Shown: piece after piece, positions 8,942-18,287 of the stretch
Position numbering within the stretch: the first letter of the stretch is position 1
Layout: each line of letters begins with the position of its first letter
Assembly (NCBI GenBank): GCA_016235455.1
Contig: JACRKZ010000021.1
Coordinates: 14,537-78,536 of the forward strand
Source: Armatimonadota bacterium
GTDB lineage: Bacteria; Armatimonadota; UBA10988
Direction of reading: 5' to 3'
Length of the DNA stretch: 64,000 bases
The notes under the pieces: generated by a model
Seen by the model: only the letters and a program-made list of their open reading frames with translations
Told to the model about the DNA's origin: nothing
The model's database searches: none
Program-made: the position numbers and the translations under genes

Positions 8942-9041
8942 AGCACTCTCCTCCTACCAGATAGCCTTGCCGCGCCGAGGTTGTCAAGTGCCCCCACCAC
9001 AGCCAAGCCCGTCTGCTACAATGGGTCCGAAGGTAGGGCAC

Positions 9042-10049
9042 ATGGAGACCAAGCGGGCAATCGTGTTGACGGGTGCGGCTGGGTTCGTAGGCTTCCACAC
9101 CGCGCAGGCGCTGCTGGCCGCGGGTCACGAGGTGGTGGCCATCGACGCCGTCGTCGACTATTACCCCACCATCATCAAGCGCCGCCGCCTGGCCATCCTC
9201 GCCGAACAGCCCGGCTTCCGCTTCGTCGAAGGCGATCTGGCCGACCAGAGCACGGTCGACGCACTGTTCGAGGACGTGCGGCCCGAGCTCGTCTGCCATC
9301 TGGCCGCGCAGGCCGGCGTGCGCCATTCGCTGCGCCATCCGCGCGACTACCTCCGGGCCAACATCGACGGTACGCTCAACATCCTCGAAGGCTGCCGCCA
9401 CAACGGTGTGCGCCGCCTGGTCTATGCCTCGTCGTCCAGTGTCTACGGCGGCAATACCAAGGTGCCCTTCAGCGAGGAGGACCGGGTCGACTCGCCGATC
9501 AGCCTGTATGCCGCCACCAAGCGGTCCAACGAGCTGATGGCCCACGCCTACACGCACCTGTTCGGCTTCGAGACCGTCGGTCTGCGCTTCTTCACGGTGT
9601 ACGGTCGCTGGGGCCGGCCCGACATGGCACTGTGGGAGTTCACCGAGCGGATCCTGGCCGGCGAGCCGATCCGCGTGTTCAACTACGGCGAGATGCAGCG
9701 CGATTTCACGCACGTCAGCGACATCGTTAAAGGTGTGGTGGGAAGCCTGTTCGCGGAGGGGCTGGACGCCTGGGAGGTGTTCAACCTGGGAAATCATCGT
9801 AGCGAGAAGCTAGGCGACATGATAGACTGCATCGAACAGGCGTGCGGCCGCGAAGCCCAGCGCGAGCTCCTGCCGATGCAGGCAGGCGATGTCCCGGCAA
9901 CGTATGCAGACATCGATCGCGCTCAGGCCAAGCTGGGCTTTGTGCCCACCATGCCCATCGCCGAAGGCATCCCGGATTTCGTCGCGTGGTATCGCTCGGA
10001 GCCCGAGATCGCCGAGGCGGCTCGGCAGTGGCGGCTGCGGCTCGATTAG
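9042..10049 (+). CDS. NAD-dependent epimerase (UDP-glucuronate 4-epimerase-like)
   Basis: TGAAGFVG, HLAAQAGVRHS, YASSSSVYG, YAATK, LRFFTVYGRWGRPDMA; TACAAT at 9017-9022 upstream. Confidence 0.9.
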   Translation: METKRAIVLTGAAGFVGFHTAQALLAAGHEVVAIDAVVDYYPTIIKRRRLAILAEQPGFRFVEGDLADQSTVDALFEDVRPELVCHLAAQAGVRHSLRHPRDYLRANIDGTLNILEGCRHNGVRRLVYASSSSVYGGNTKVPFSEEDRVDSPISLYAATKRSNELMAHAYTHLFGFETVGLRFFTVYGRWGRPDMALWEFTERILAGEPIRVFNYGEMQRDFTHVSDIVKGVVGSLFAEGLDAWEVFNLGNHRSEKLGDMIDCIEQACGREAQRELLPMQAGDVPATYADIDRAQAKLGFVPTMPIAEGIPDFVAWYRSEPEIAEAARQWRLRLD

Positions 10050-10065
10050 GTTCGAGGCCCATGAA

Positions 10066-10209
10066 CGGAGGACACGAAGGGGCACACTAACGGCGTCCAA
10101 CTGGGACCAGATCGTAACATGCTCATGAGCAGCCCCCAGCCACGGCATGCCAGGCGACCTGGTCCTCCTTCCTCCCGTCGTCGTTTCCCGTGCCCCTTCG
10201 TGTCCTCCG
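10066..10209. repeat. 20-bp perfect inverted repeat with 104-bp spacer (MITE/REPIN-like)
   Basis: cggaggacacgaaggggcac (10066-10085) pairs with gtgccccttcgtgtcctccg (10190-10209); it lies between convergent genes. Confidence 0.8.
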
Positions 10210-10240
10210 CGGGCTTCCTCCCGTGCTGATTCTCTAGACC

Positions 10241-10277
10241 GCGCCTTGCTCAGGCGGCAGCGCCTTGCTCAGGCGGC
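10241..10277. repeat. 18-bp tandem direct repeat duplicating the glmM stop region
   Basis: gcgccttgctcaggcggc occurs at 10241-10258 and again at 10260-10277. Confidence 0.8.
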
Positions 10278-11615
10278 CGCGGTGGCCAGCCCCGCCACGC
10301 CGAACGCGGTCTCCACGAACCCGACCACCTGGCCAAGCAGGCCGGCGTCGGGCCCTTCGGCCATGATGCGGGCCAGGTTCTCCGTGCCGCTGTAGCGCAC
10401 GATCAACCTGCCATGCCCGTTGAGCAACGCGCGCCCGGCGGCAATCGCCTCGCTGACCGGAGACAGACCTTCCAATTCCGGCTTGGCCAGCACACGCACG
10501 TTCTTCACGGCCTGGGGCACCAGGGCCACCTGCTGCGCCAGTTCGCACAGCGGTCGACCCGATTCGGCCACCACGGCCAGTAGCTGCATTGCCGTCAGCA
10601 GTGCGTCATCGGTGGAGAGGAGCCGCCGGAAGATCAGATGCCCCGACGGCTCACCACCAATGACAGCCCCCAGCTCAAGCATTTTCAGCCACACATTGCG
10701 GTCGCCAACACGCGACCGGTGCAGGGCGATGCCCTGCTCACGCAACCACAGCTCTAATCCGATGTTGCTCAGCACCGTGCCGACCACGGCCTGTCCATCG
10801 AGCTCGCCGCGCCGGGCCATGGCCTGCGCCGTCAACCCGATGATGCGGTCGCCATCGACCGTCGCGCGCTGTTCGTCGACGAACACGACCCGGTCGCCGT
10901 CGCCGTCGTGGGCCAGGCCCAGCGCGGCGCCACAGCGGTCAGCCGCCTCGCGCACGGCTGCCGGATGCTGAGACCCGCAACTCGCGTTGATCAACTCGCC
11001 CTGGTCGTCGGCGTTGATCGCCACCACGTCGACGCCCAGCCGCGCCAGCGCGGTCGGCGTGGTGTAGGCCGTGGCGCCGTGGCCACAGTCCACCGCCACC
11101 TTCAGCCCACGCAGCGACAGGCCGGCGGGCATGGTGCCCACGGCGAAATCCACATACTCGTCGGCGGCGTGCGGCCGCGGGCTCAGCGTGCCACGGGCCG
11201 CGCCGACGGGCTCGTTGGCCCAGAACAGCGTCTCGATAGCGCGCTCACAGGCCGCGGTGACCTTCTCGCCACCCGGGCCGAACAGCTTGAACCCGTTGTC
11301 TGGCGCCGCGTTGTGCGAGGCCGACAACGCCACCGCCGCGGCGCCACCATGGGCCGCTAGAGCCTGCGCGATGCCCGGCGTGGGCAGCACGCCCAGGTCG
11401 ATCACGTCGCAGCCGGCCGCCATGATGCCTTCGGCCACGGCGGCGCTGAGCGCCGGTCCGCTGGGCCGGGTGTCACGGCCGAGGTAGACCGCGCCGCCGC
11501 CGCGCGCCATGTGCCGCGCCGTGGCCAGGCCAAAGCGCCAGGCGCCTTCCTCATCAATCGGGAACTGACCAGCCGGACCACGAATGCCGTCGGTACCGAA
11601 CAGTTCAGACTTCAC
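10269..11615 (-). CDS. glmM: Phosphoglucosamine mutase
   Basis: LFGTDGIRG, SASHN (phosphoserine), DGDGDR metal loop, GGEPSGH, VRYSGTE. Confidence 0.93.
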   Translation of the reverse strand: MKSELFGTDGIRGPAGQFPIDEEGAWRFGLATARHMARGGGAVYLGRDTRPSGPALSAAVAEGIMAAGCDVIDLGVLPTPGIAQALAAHGGAAAVALSASHNAAPDNGFKLFGPGGEKVTAACERAIETLFWANEPVGAARGTLSPRPHAADEYVDFAVGTMPAGLSLRGLKVAVDCGHGATAYTTPTALARLGVDVVAINADDQGELINASCGSQHPAAVREAADRCGAALGLAHDGDGDRVVFVDEQRATVDGDRIIGLTAQAMARRGELDGQAVVGTVLSNIGLELWLREQGIALHRSRVGDRNVWLKMLELGAVIGGEPSGHLIFRRLLSTDDALLTAMQLLAVVAESGRPLCELAQQVALVPQAVKNVRVLAKPELEGLSPVSEAIAAGRALLNGHGRLIVRYSGTENLARIMAEGPDAGLLGQVVGFVETAFGVAGLATAAA

Positions 11616-12331
11616 GGTGCGCTCCCCTCACTGCCGCGCCGGCCAGCAGGCCGGGCCATCGGCGCCACCACCGTGGACCCGGCCGCATAGCAGCCGACCA
11701 CGTTGGCCATCGGGTAAAACCGGCATCCACGCCCGGCCACCGTGCCGGGGTTCAAAACCACATTGCAGCCCGTCTGCGAACGGTCGCCCAGCACCGCGCC
11801 AAACTTGCGCAGACCGCTGTTGAGCGGGCCGTCGCTGGTCGACACCATCACCGGGCCCCGACTCAGGGTCACGTTGGAACAGATGGTGCCCGCGCCCAGG
11901 TTCACGTCGCGCCCAATCAGGCTGTCGCCCACGTAGTTGAAGTGCGGCACCTTGGCGCCAGGCAGCAACACCACGTTCTTCAGCTCGCTGCAATGCCCAA
12001 CCACGGCGCCCGCGCCAACCAAGACGTTGCCGCGCACATAGCAGCCCTGCCGCAGCTCGGCACCCGCCTCGATCACCGCCGGCCCCTTGATGTAGGCGCC
12101 CGGCTCGATGACCACACCCTCGCCCAGCAGCACCGAGCCGCTGATGAAGACGCCCTCGGGCACCTCCGGCGCGGCCGCGTCGGCCGTCAGCTCCGCGAGG
12201 TAGGTGCCGAGACGACCCAAGGCCGTCCAGACCGGCTCATCGGCCACGAACAACCCGGCATGGTCCCAGCCTGCCAGATCGAAGAACGACTCGGCCGCCA
12301 ATCCCAGATCACTCGCCACAGATCGCCTCAT
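11612..12331 (-). CDS. Stand-alone hexapeptide-repeat acetyltransferase (GlmU C-terminal-like)
   Basis: LbH repeats, VPHFNYVGDSLIGRDVNLGAGT, GLRKFGAVLGD, GCNVVLNPGT. No nucleotidyltransferase domain. Overlaps the glmM start; true start may be GTG 12319. Confidence 0.85.
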   Translation of the reverse strand: MRRSVASDLGLAAESFFDLAGWDHAGLFVADEPVWTALGRLGTYLAELTADAAAPEVPEGVFISGSVLLGEGVVIEPGAYIKGPAVIEAGAELRQGCYVRGNVLVGAGAVVGHCSELKNVVLLPGAKVPHFNYVGDSLIGRDVNLGAGTICSNVTLSRGPVMVSTSDGPLNSGLRKFGAVLGDRSQTGCNVVLNPGTVAGRGCRFYPMANVVGCYAAGSTVVAPMARPAGRRGSEGSAP

Positions 12332-12395
12332 ACCCTCTTGCGACCAGCCGCTGCGCCATTTGTTGCAGCAGCGCTCGCTTCGCATCAACACGACC

Positions 12396-12425
12396 AGTAT
12401 ATCGACCATATGCGGCAATTGTCAA
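12396..12425 (-). promoter_or_regulatory. Sigma70 promoter for the glmU-like/glmM operon
   Basis: Minus strand TTGACA-N18-TATACT. Confidence 0.65.
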
Positions 12426-12577
12426 GCTGGTGAGAAAATGTTCGCGTTGCACGGAATCGGCGCGGCGGCGCCGGGCCCCGCCGCCATTCCGGGGTGTAGC
12501 CCCGGCCACTCCGCGGGTACAGACTGGCAAGGCGCGCTGGAATAGCCGCGCAACTGGGCGGGCTCGCGCGTATAGAA

Positions 12578-14341
12578 GTGGGAGGGTGTGTCCGCGTGAA
12601 GGGGGCCGACGAGGCCAGGAAGATCCGTTTGCGAGCCGCCGAGGCTCTACTGCCTGCGTTTGCCTGGGTGCTAGGCGGCCAGGCGTGGCGTCTGGCCGTC
12701 GGCTCGCTGGCCCATGCCACGCTCACGCCGTGGCTGGTCGTGGGTGTGGCGGCGGTGTTCCTGCCGGTCCTGGCCGCGCCCAGTCTGACGCGGCACCATA
12801 CCGCGCCGCGCGCGGCGGCGGGTGCGGCGCTGGTGCTGGGCGGGCTGCGGCTGACGGCGGCGCTGGTCGGCCCGGCGCTGGCTGGCGCTTACGGCTGGCT
12901 TGGTCTGGCGGCATTCGCCCTCTACCTGGCCCTGTGGCCGGCGGCCTGCCCGTCGCGCCGACAGGCGGGCCATGCCCTGATGCTCGGTCTGAGCCTGCAG
13001 CTGGTGGACCGCATCCTCACTGCCACGCTCGACCTGGCCTGGCGCCCTGGCTGGTGGGCCATGGTCAGTGCGCTGCTGCTCACCGCGCCGGCACTGATCG
13101 TGGCCCGCGATGGGCTGCGCGCCGAGCCGGGCGAGCCGCGCCGCTCCCCGCTGCCGCTGGCCATGCCACTGGTGCTCCTGGCCTGCTCCGTGGCGGTCAG
13201 CCATCCCACCCGACTGAGCGAGCCCCTGGGGTTGAGCCTGCCCACCACCTTCTGGGTCATGGCGCTAAGCATCGTCGTCGGCATGGCCGTGGCCGGCCTG
13301 ACTGACCAGTTCCTCAAGAGCCTGGCCGCGCGCAGCCGCACGCGGCCGGCGCGGCTGCGCGCGGCCTATCAGGCCTGGCGGACGACTCTGACGGTGATCG
13401 CCGTGGTCGGTCTGCTGAGCGGCGCGCAGTGGGCCTTGCGCGCGGCCGTGGTGGTCGGACCGACGGTGGTGGCCATCAACCTGGCAGCCCTGCTGCGCGC
13501 GCGGCCGATCGGGCGCGACCGGCTCATCGGCGGCGTGCTGCCGCTCCTGAGCTGGTGGCTGACGATCGCTCTGGCCGCGCAGTCGAACGATCATTTCTGG
13601 CCAGCGGCCGTGGCCCTGGCGCTGCTCTATGGTTATGCCACAGTGTCGCTGCTCAACCAGGAGCGCGTCGACCCGACACACGAGCGCGTGGAGCACTGGA
13701 CGCTGCTGGGCCACGCCCTGCTGCTCGTTGTGGCCGCCTGGCCGGCTCTGGCGCGCGTGGCACCGCCGGCCGCGCATGTGCTGGCGGGCGATCGGCTCAC
13801 CGTCGCCGTGGTCGACGCCGCCGGCACGCCGCGCTCGGTGGCACGGCGTCTGGCGGCGGTCAGCGCGGCCCGGCCTGACCTGGTCATGCTGCTGGGCGAC
13901 CGGCGCGGCTCAGGCTTGCGCTTCGATGATTCCGCCTGGTGGTTGAGCCGCAGTCTGGGACTGACCGTGCGCCTGCAGAGCCGCGGCGACCTCGCGCTGC
14001 TGGCCCGCGTGGCCCCGCTGGAGACCAGCGTCGTGGGGGCCAATGCCATGGCCGGTCTGTGGCCCCTGTCCGGCGACAACGGTCTGGCTGCCGCAGTCCT
14101 CGATGCGCCCGAACGCGAGAGCACGACGATCGAGCAGGTGCTGCCCTCGCTGGCGCCTTGGCCGCGCCGACTGCTGGCCGGCCGGGTGGCCGACGGTACG
14201 CCGCCGCCGCCAGGCTACGACGACCTGCTCGCGGGTGAGCCGTGCGAGTTGGTCCTGTGGGGCGCCGGCGGCGTCGCCGCCAATGTCGTGGCCCGCCCGG
14301 AGCTGGGCGTAGTGTGCGTGGAAGTGGTGGTCGAACCCTAG
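12578..14341 (+). CDS. Polytopic membrane protein with a degenerate C-terminal endonuclease/exonuclease/phosphatase-like domain
   Basis: Roughly 12 hydrophobic segments, then RPDLVMLLGD...WWLSRSLGL...GDLALLARVAP, which resembles the EEP fold. Confidence 0.6.
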   Translation: MGGCVRVKGADEARKIRLRAAEALLPAFAWVLGGQAWRLAVGSLAHATLTPWLVVGVAAVFLPVLAAPSLTRHHTAPRAAAGAALVLGGLRLTAALVGPALAGAYGWLGLAAFALYLALWPAACPSRRQAGHALMLGLSLQLVDRILTATLDLAWRPGWWAMVSALLLTAPALIVARDGLRAEPGEPRRSPLPLAMPLVLLACSVAVSHPTRLSEPLGLSLPTTFWVMALSIVVGMAVAGLTDQFLKSLAARSRTRPARLRAAYQAWRTTLTVIAVVGLLSGAQWALRAAVVVGPTVVAINLAALLRARPIGRDRLIGGVLPLLSWWLTIALAAQSNDHFWPAAVALALLYGYATVSLLNQERVDPTHERVEHWTLLGHALLLVVAAWPALARVAPPAAHVLAGDRLTVAVVDAAGTPRSVARRLAAVSAARPDLVMLLGDRRGSGLRFDDSAWWLSRSLGLTVRLQSRGDLALLARVAPLETSVVGANAMAGLWPLSGDNGLAAAVLDAPERESTTIEQVLPSLAPWPRRLLAGRVADGTPPPPGYDDLLAGEPCELVLWGAGGVAANVVARPELGVVCVEVVVEP

Positions 14342-17300
14342 CTCACGGGCTGCCCATCCATGACGCCGCTGACTGCGCCACGCAGTTCCTCGAGTGTGAA
14401 CGGCTTGCCCAGCACCCGGTCCACCCCGAGCGGCTGTTCGCCGCCGGCGTCCATGAGCGCGCCGAACCCCGTGAGCATGAGGACGGGCGTGGCCGGCGAC
14501 TGCTCCTTCACCGCGCGCGCCAACTGGTCTCCGTTGACCACCGGCATGGCCCGGTCGGTGATGACCAGGTCGAACGTCTCCGAGGCGAAGGCCTCCAGCG
14601 CCACGCGCCCGTTGGGCGCCAGTACCACGCTATGGCCGTCATACTGCAGGAACTCGCTGAGCAGGTCGCGCAGGTCAGGCTCATCGTCGGCCACCAGCAC
14701 GCGCAGCGAGCCGCCCGCGGGGCCGGCGGAGGCGCGGGACACCACATCCGGCGCGGCGTCCGCGTGGTAGGGTAGCCGGAGCACGACGGTCGTGCCCTGG
14801 CCCGGCTGGCTCATGACGTCGATGGCACCAGCATGGCGCCGCACGATGGTCAGCACGGCGACCAGGCCGAGTCCGCAGCCGGGCTCGTCCTTGGTCGAGT
14901 AGAGCGGTTCAAAGCACAGCCGCTGCGCCGCGGCGTCCATGCCGACCCCATCATCACCGACCGACAGGCGCACCTCGTTGCCCACGCGGCGGCAGCCGGC
15001 GACAATGCGCCCCGTGGGTCCGCCGCGCGATTCGATGGCGTCGGTGGCGTTGAGCAACAGGTTCAGCAGCGCCTCGTGCAGCTCGGCAGCGTGCGCCGGC
15101 AGCGGCTCCACGGGGTCGAACTCGGTGACGACCTCGATGGTGATCCCGGCGGCCAGAGCCTGGTCCCGCCAGCGCGGCTGGGCCAGGGCGATGGCATGTC
15201 GGAAGGCCTCGACCGGGTCGACCATGCCGGCCTCTTCGCCGTCGGGCCGCTGGCGGTAGAGCTCGCGCAGGCGGCGTACCACGTCGCTCGCCTCGTGGGC
15301 GCCCTTGAGGATCAACCCAAGATAGCGCCGCACCCGCGCGCGATCGTCGAGCACGCCGTCGGTCAGCATGATCTCGGCGAAGCCCATGACCGGCGAGAGG
15401 GCGTTGTTGATGTCGTGGGCAATGCCACTGGCCATGGTGCCCAGGGCGCGTAGCCGTTCCTGGGCGATGACCTGGCTCTGGGTAACGCGCAGGTCCTCAT
15501 AGGCCTGCTGCAACTCGCGCGTGCGGTCGGCGACGGCCGCTTCGAGCGTCTCCTGCGACCGATGCAACGCCGCCTCGGCCTGCTTGCGCGCGGTGTTGTC
15601 GAAGAAGCTCTCCACCAGGTAGCGGCGCCCCTCGAGCTCGACTGGCACGACGGTCTTGACCACTGGCACCGACAGGCCCGCTGCCGTGAGCACGGTGCGC
15701 TCCGCGGCATCGACCGCCTGGCCCAGGTCGGTCACCGGGCAACGGCCCTGCGCGCTGGGGCAGATGAAGCGATGGCAGACCTGCCCGACAATGCGTGAGG
15801 CTTCCGCGCCAAACATGGCCAGCGCCACGGGGTTGGCGTCGGCGATGGTGTGCGTCTCGGCATCGATGACGACGATGCCGGCGGGCACCTGCTCGAAGAT
15901 GGTGCGGTTCCAGGCCTCGCTGGCCTGCAGTTGGTCGATGGCGGCCTCGCGCGAGATGGCGGCGCCCAGGACGTTGGCCGCCGCCTTGAGCGCGTCGAGC
16001 TCGGCGCGCGAGAACTCGCGGTCGGCCATGAGGTCGTCGAAACCCAGACAGCCCCACAGCTCATCGGCCACGAAGACCGGCACCAGGGCCATGGCGCGGA
16101 TGCCATGCGCGCTGAGTTGGGCGCGCTGCTCGGCCGGGAACTCCGCGAGCCGGCCACACACCGACTCGCCGGCCAACAGTCGCGCCTGCCACCAGACCAG
16201 GAAGTCGGCGGCCATGGCCCGGTCGAGTTCGGCGCCGGGGCTGCGCGACCAGGTCCAGCCTGGCTGCGCCTCGCTCGTGGACACCGGCATCAGATGGACG
16301 CGACTCACCGCGCACGCCGCGCCGAGCTCGGCCAGCAGACTGTCGACGCGATCGATCCAGCGCCGACCAGTGAGCAGTCGTTCGGCGAACTCGGCCACCA
16401 CGCCCAGCAACTGGTCGCGCGCCAGCAACTGCACCATGGCCCGTGAGCGCCGACCCATCTCACGGTCGGTGGCCTCGCGTAGGCGCCGCTCTTCGGCGGC
16501 GCTCAAGCCTTGGCGCAGCGCCACCAGCGACACCACCACGACCACGCCCGCCGCGGCTACGCCGCCGGCGAGTTCCGGCGCCAGGTGGGGCGCCAAAGCC
16601 AACGCCGCCATGGCCAGACAGACGAAGGCGTAGGGCAACAACTCGAACCAGGCGAACGCCGGCGGCTCGGCTTCGCTCCGGCTCGGCCCGCGCAGCCGCC
16701 ACCAAGCGGCGGCGATAAACAGCGTCTGCGCCAGGGGATAAATGACCGTGGCCGCGCGCACCCACTGCGCCTGCATGCTCGCCTCGCCCTGGGCAAAGAC
16801 CATGTCAGCGGCGCCCTGGCACAGCGTGGCCGCCGCCAGCGCCATCATCGCCAGCCGCGGCTCGCCAGGACGAGCGGGCTGCACAAGCAGCAGCAGGGCG
16901 CTCTGGATGAGCAACAGATCGAGCAGCGGGTAGAGCAGGCCCAGGACGGTGGGCATCTGGTTGCCCGCCGCGCCGTTCAGCGAGGGGTACACGTAGACCA
17001 CGCCAACCAGCAAGAAGCCGGAGATGGTCATGATGGCGCCGTCCACCGTACGCCTGACGCGGGCCGAGCCGGTGGGGGGCGCCTGCCGCATGGCCGCCAA
17101 GGCGATGAGCGCGGGCACGAACTGCAGTACATAGAACACATCGGCGACCGAGGGGAACGGCGACCGGCGCGCCACGACCTCGATCCACAGCCAGCAGGCA
17201 TCGCCCACGGCCCACACGAACTGCGAGCCCGCCAACCACCGCCACGCGCGCCGGCTGGCGGGGTCATCGAGGGCGTTGGCGGCAAGCCACAGGGCGGTGG

Positions 17301-17469
17301 CCGCCACCCAGGGCGAGAGCGACTGCAAGACGGCGGTGACCGACGGAGCGGCGCCAGCCAGGGCGCACGCCAACATCACCACAAACAGCCCGGCATTGGC
17401 CGCCAGCGCTGTCGTTACCGCCTTGGGTTGCTCGCCTGAGAAGTCCGCCATCATTTGTGTCGCTGCCAC
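14338..17469 (-). CDS. Membrane hybrid sensor histidine kinase (TM-GAF-PAS-HisKA-HATPase-REC)
   Basis: PFPSVADVFY membrane region; GAF (LVPVFVADELWGCLGFD); PAS; H-box IAHDINNAL; LNLLLNATDA; DDGVGM; REC FDLVITDRAMP. Confidence 0.92.
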   Translation of the reverse strand: MAATQMMADFSGEQPKAVTTALAANAGLFVVMLACALAGAAPSVTAVLQSLSPWVAATALWLAANALDDPASRRAWRWLAGSQFVWAVGDACWLWIEVVARRSPFPSVADVFYVLQFVPALIALAAMRQAPPTGSARVRRTVDGAIMTISGFLLVGVVYVYPSLNGAAGNQMPTVLGLLYPLLDLLLIQSALLLLVQPARPGEPRLAMMALAAATLCQGAADMVFAQGEASMQAQWVRAATVIYPLAQTLFIAAAWWRLRGPSRSEAEPPAFAWFELLPYAFVCLAMAALALAPHLAPELAGGVAAAGVVVVVSLVALRQGLSAAEERRLREATDREMGRRSRAMVQLLARDQLLGVVAEFAERLLTGRRWIDRVDSLLAELGAACAVSRVHLMPVSTSEAQPGWTWSRSPGAELDRAMAADFLVWWQARLLAGESVCGRLAEFPAEQRAQLSAHGIRAMALVPVFVADELWGCLGFDDLMADREFSRAELDALKAAANVLGAAISREAAIDQLQASEAWNRTIFEQVPAGIVVIDAETHTIADANPVALAMFGAEASRIVGQVCHRFICPSAQGRCPVTDLGQAVDAAERTVLTAAGLSVPVVKTVVPVELEGRRYLVESFFDNTARKQAEAALHRSQETLEAAVADRTRELQQAYEDLRVTQSQVIAQERLRALGTMASGIAHDINNALSPVMGFAEIMLTDGVLDDRARVRRYLGLILKGAHEASDVVRRLRELYRQRPDGEEAGMVDPVEAFRHAIALAQPRWRDQALAAGITIEVVTEFDPVEPLPAHAAELHEALLNLLLNATDAIESRGGPTGRIVAGCRRVGNEVRLSVGDDGVGMDAAAQRLCFEPLYSTKDEPGCGLGLVAVLTIVRRHAGAIDVMSQPGQGTTVVLRLPYHADAAPDVVSRASAGPAGGSLRVLVADDEPDLRDLLSEFLQYDGHSVVLAPNGRVALEAFASETFDLVITDRAMPVVNGDQLARAVKEQSPATPVLMLTGFGALMDAGGEQPLGVDRVLGKPFTLEELRGAVSGVMDGQPVS

Positions 17470-17547
17470 AGTATGCGCCTTTGGCGGCTCCGAGACCAGC
17501 CCTCACCGCGACACGTGGTAGAATCGACCGCGCAGCGGGAGACCGAC

Positions 17548-18216
17548 GTGCCGCGGCCGTACCAGGAGCACTTACGGCGAGCACCGACGATATGTGGCCG
17601 GCAGGCCGTGCTGGCCAGCGTCACCGTTGCGCCGGCGGCCGCATTGATCGCGCTGCTCACCACGCCGCAGGCGTTCGTCTTCATCTGGCTGACGCTGTTT
17701 CTGGGCTGGCAACTCCAGTTCGGCATTCTGGCGGGCAATCGCGCCCTGCGCAACGCGGTGGCCGAGCGGCTGGCCTCGTTTGGCCATGCTGTCGAGACCG
17801 GACACGACCGCTTCGTGGGCCTGGCCTATCCCTGCTACTTCGGACACGAGCGCCGCGCGGTGGAGACCGATGATGACGTCGGCTTCCTCACCGTCGATGC
17901 GCGCGGGCTGGTCTTTTTGGGGGACGGCCTTGACTTCGTGGTTCCCGCCGAGCAGATCGCCGACGTGCGGCTGGTGCGCGACGCCAACACGTTCTTCCTC
18001 TCCAACCGGGTCGAGGTCGAGACACGAGACGGCGAGCCGCAGGACACGATCGTTTTCGACTCGCGCGACCATGCCGCGCACAGCGCCTGCAATCGCGACA
18101 ACAGGCGCTTGGCCAGCGAGATACGCGCGATCATGCCACGGGCGCAGCGCGCGCGACTGACGGCTACGGCCGAGGCCACCTTGGCGGAGGACGACTGCGT
18201 GACAAGCACGCGGTGA
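17548..18216 (+). CDS. Hypothetical membrane-anchored protein
   Basis: GTG at 17548 after GGGAGA; TAGAAT -10 at 17519-17524; two N-terminal TM helices and a beta-rich C-terminal domain. Confidence 0.65.
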   Translation: MPRPYQEHLRRAPTICGRQAVLASVTVAPAAALIALLTTPQAFVFIWLTLFLGWQLQFGILAGNRALRNAVAERLASFGHAVETGHDRFVGLAYPCYFGHERRAVETDDDVGFLTVDARGLVFLGDGLDFVVPAEQIADVRLVRDANTFFLSNRVEVETRDGEPQDTIVFDSRDHAAHSACNRDNRRLASEIRAIMPRAQRARLTATAEATLAEDDCVTSTR

Positions 18217-18287
18217 CCTTCCTTTACAAGCATCCGTGGGGTGCTATGCTGAACCTGGGAACGCATTTGGCAAGGAGGCGAACCGAC

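Noticed and set aside
12332-12395. Riboswitch in the glmU-like 5' UTR
   Set aside because: Only a weak imperfect hairpin, with no match to any aptamer consensus I recognise.
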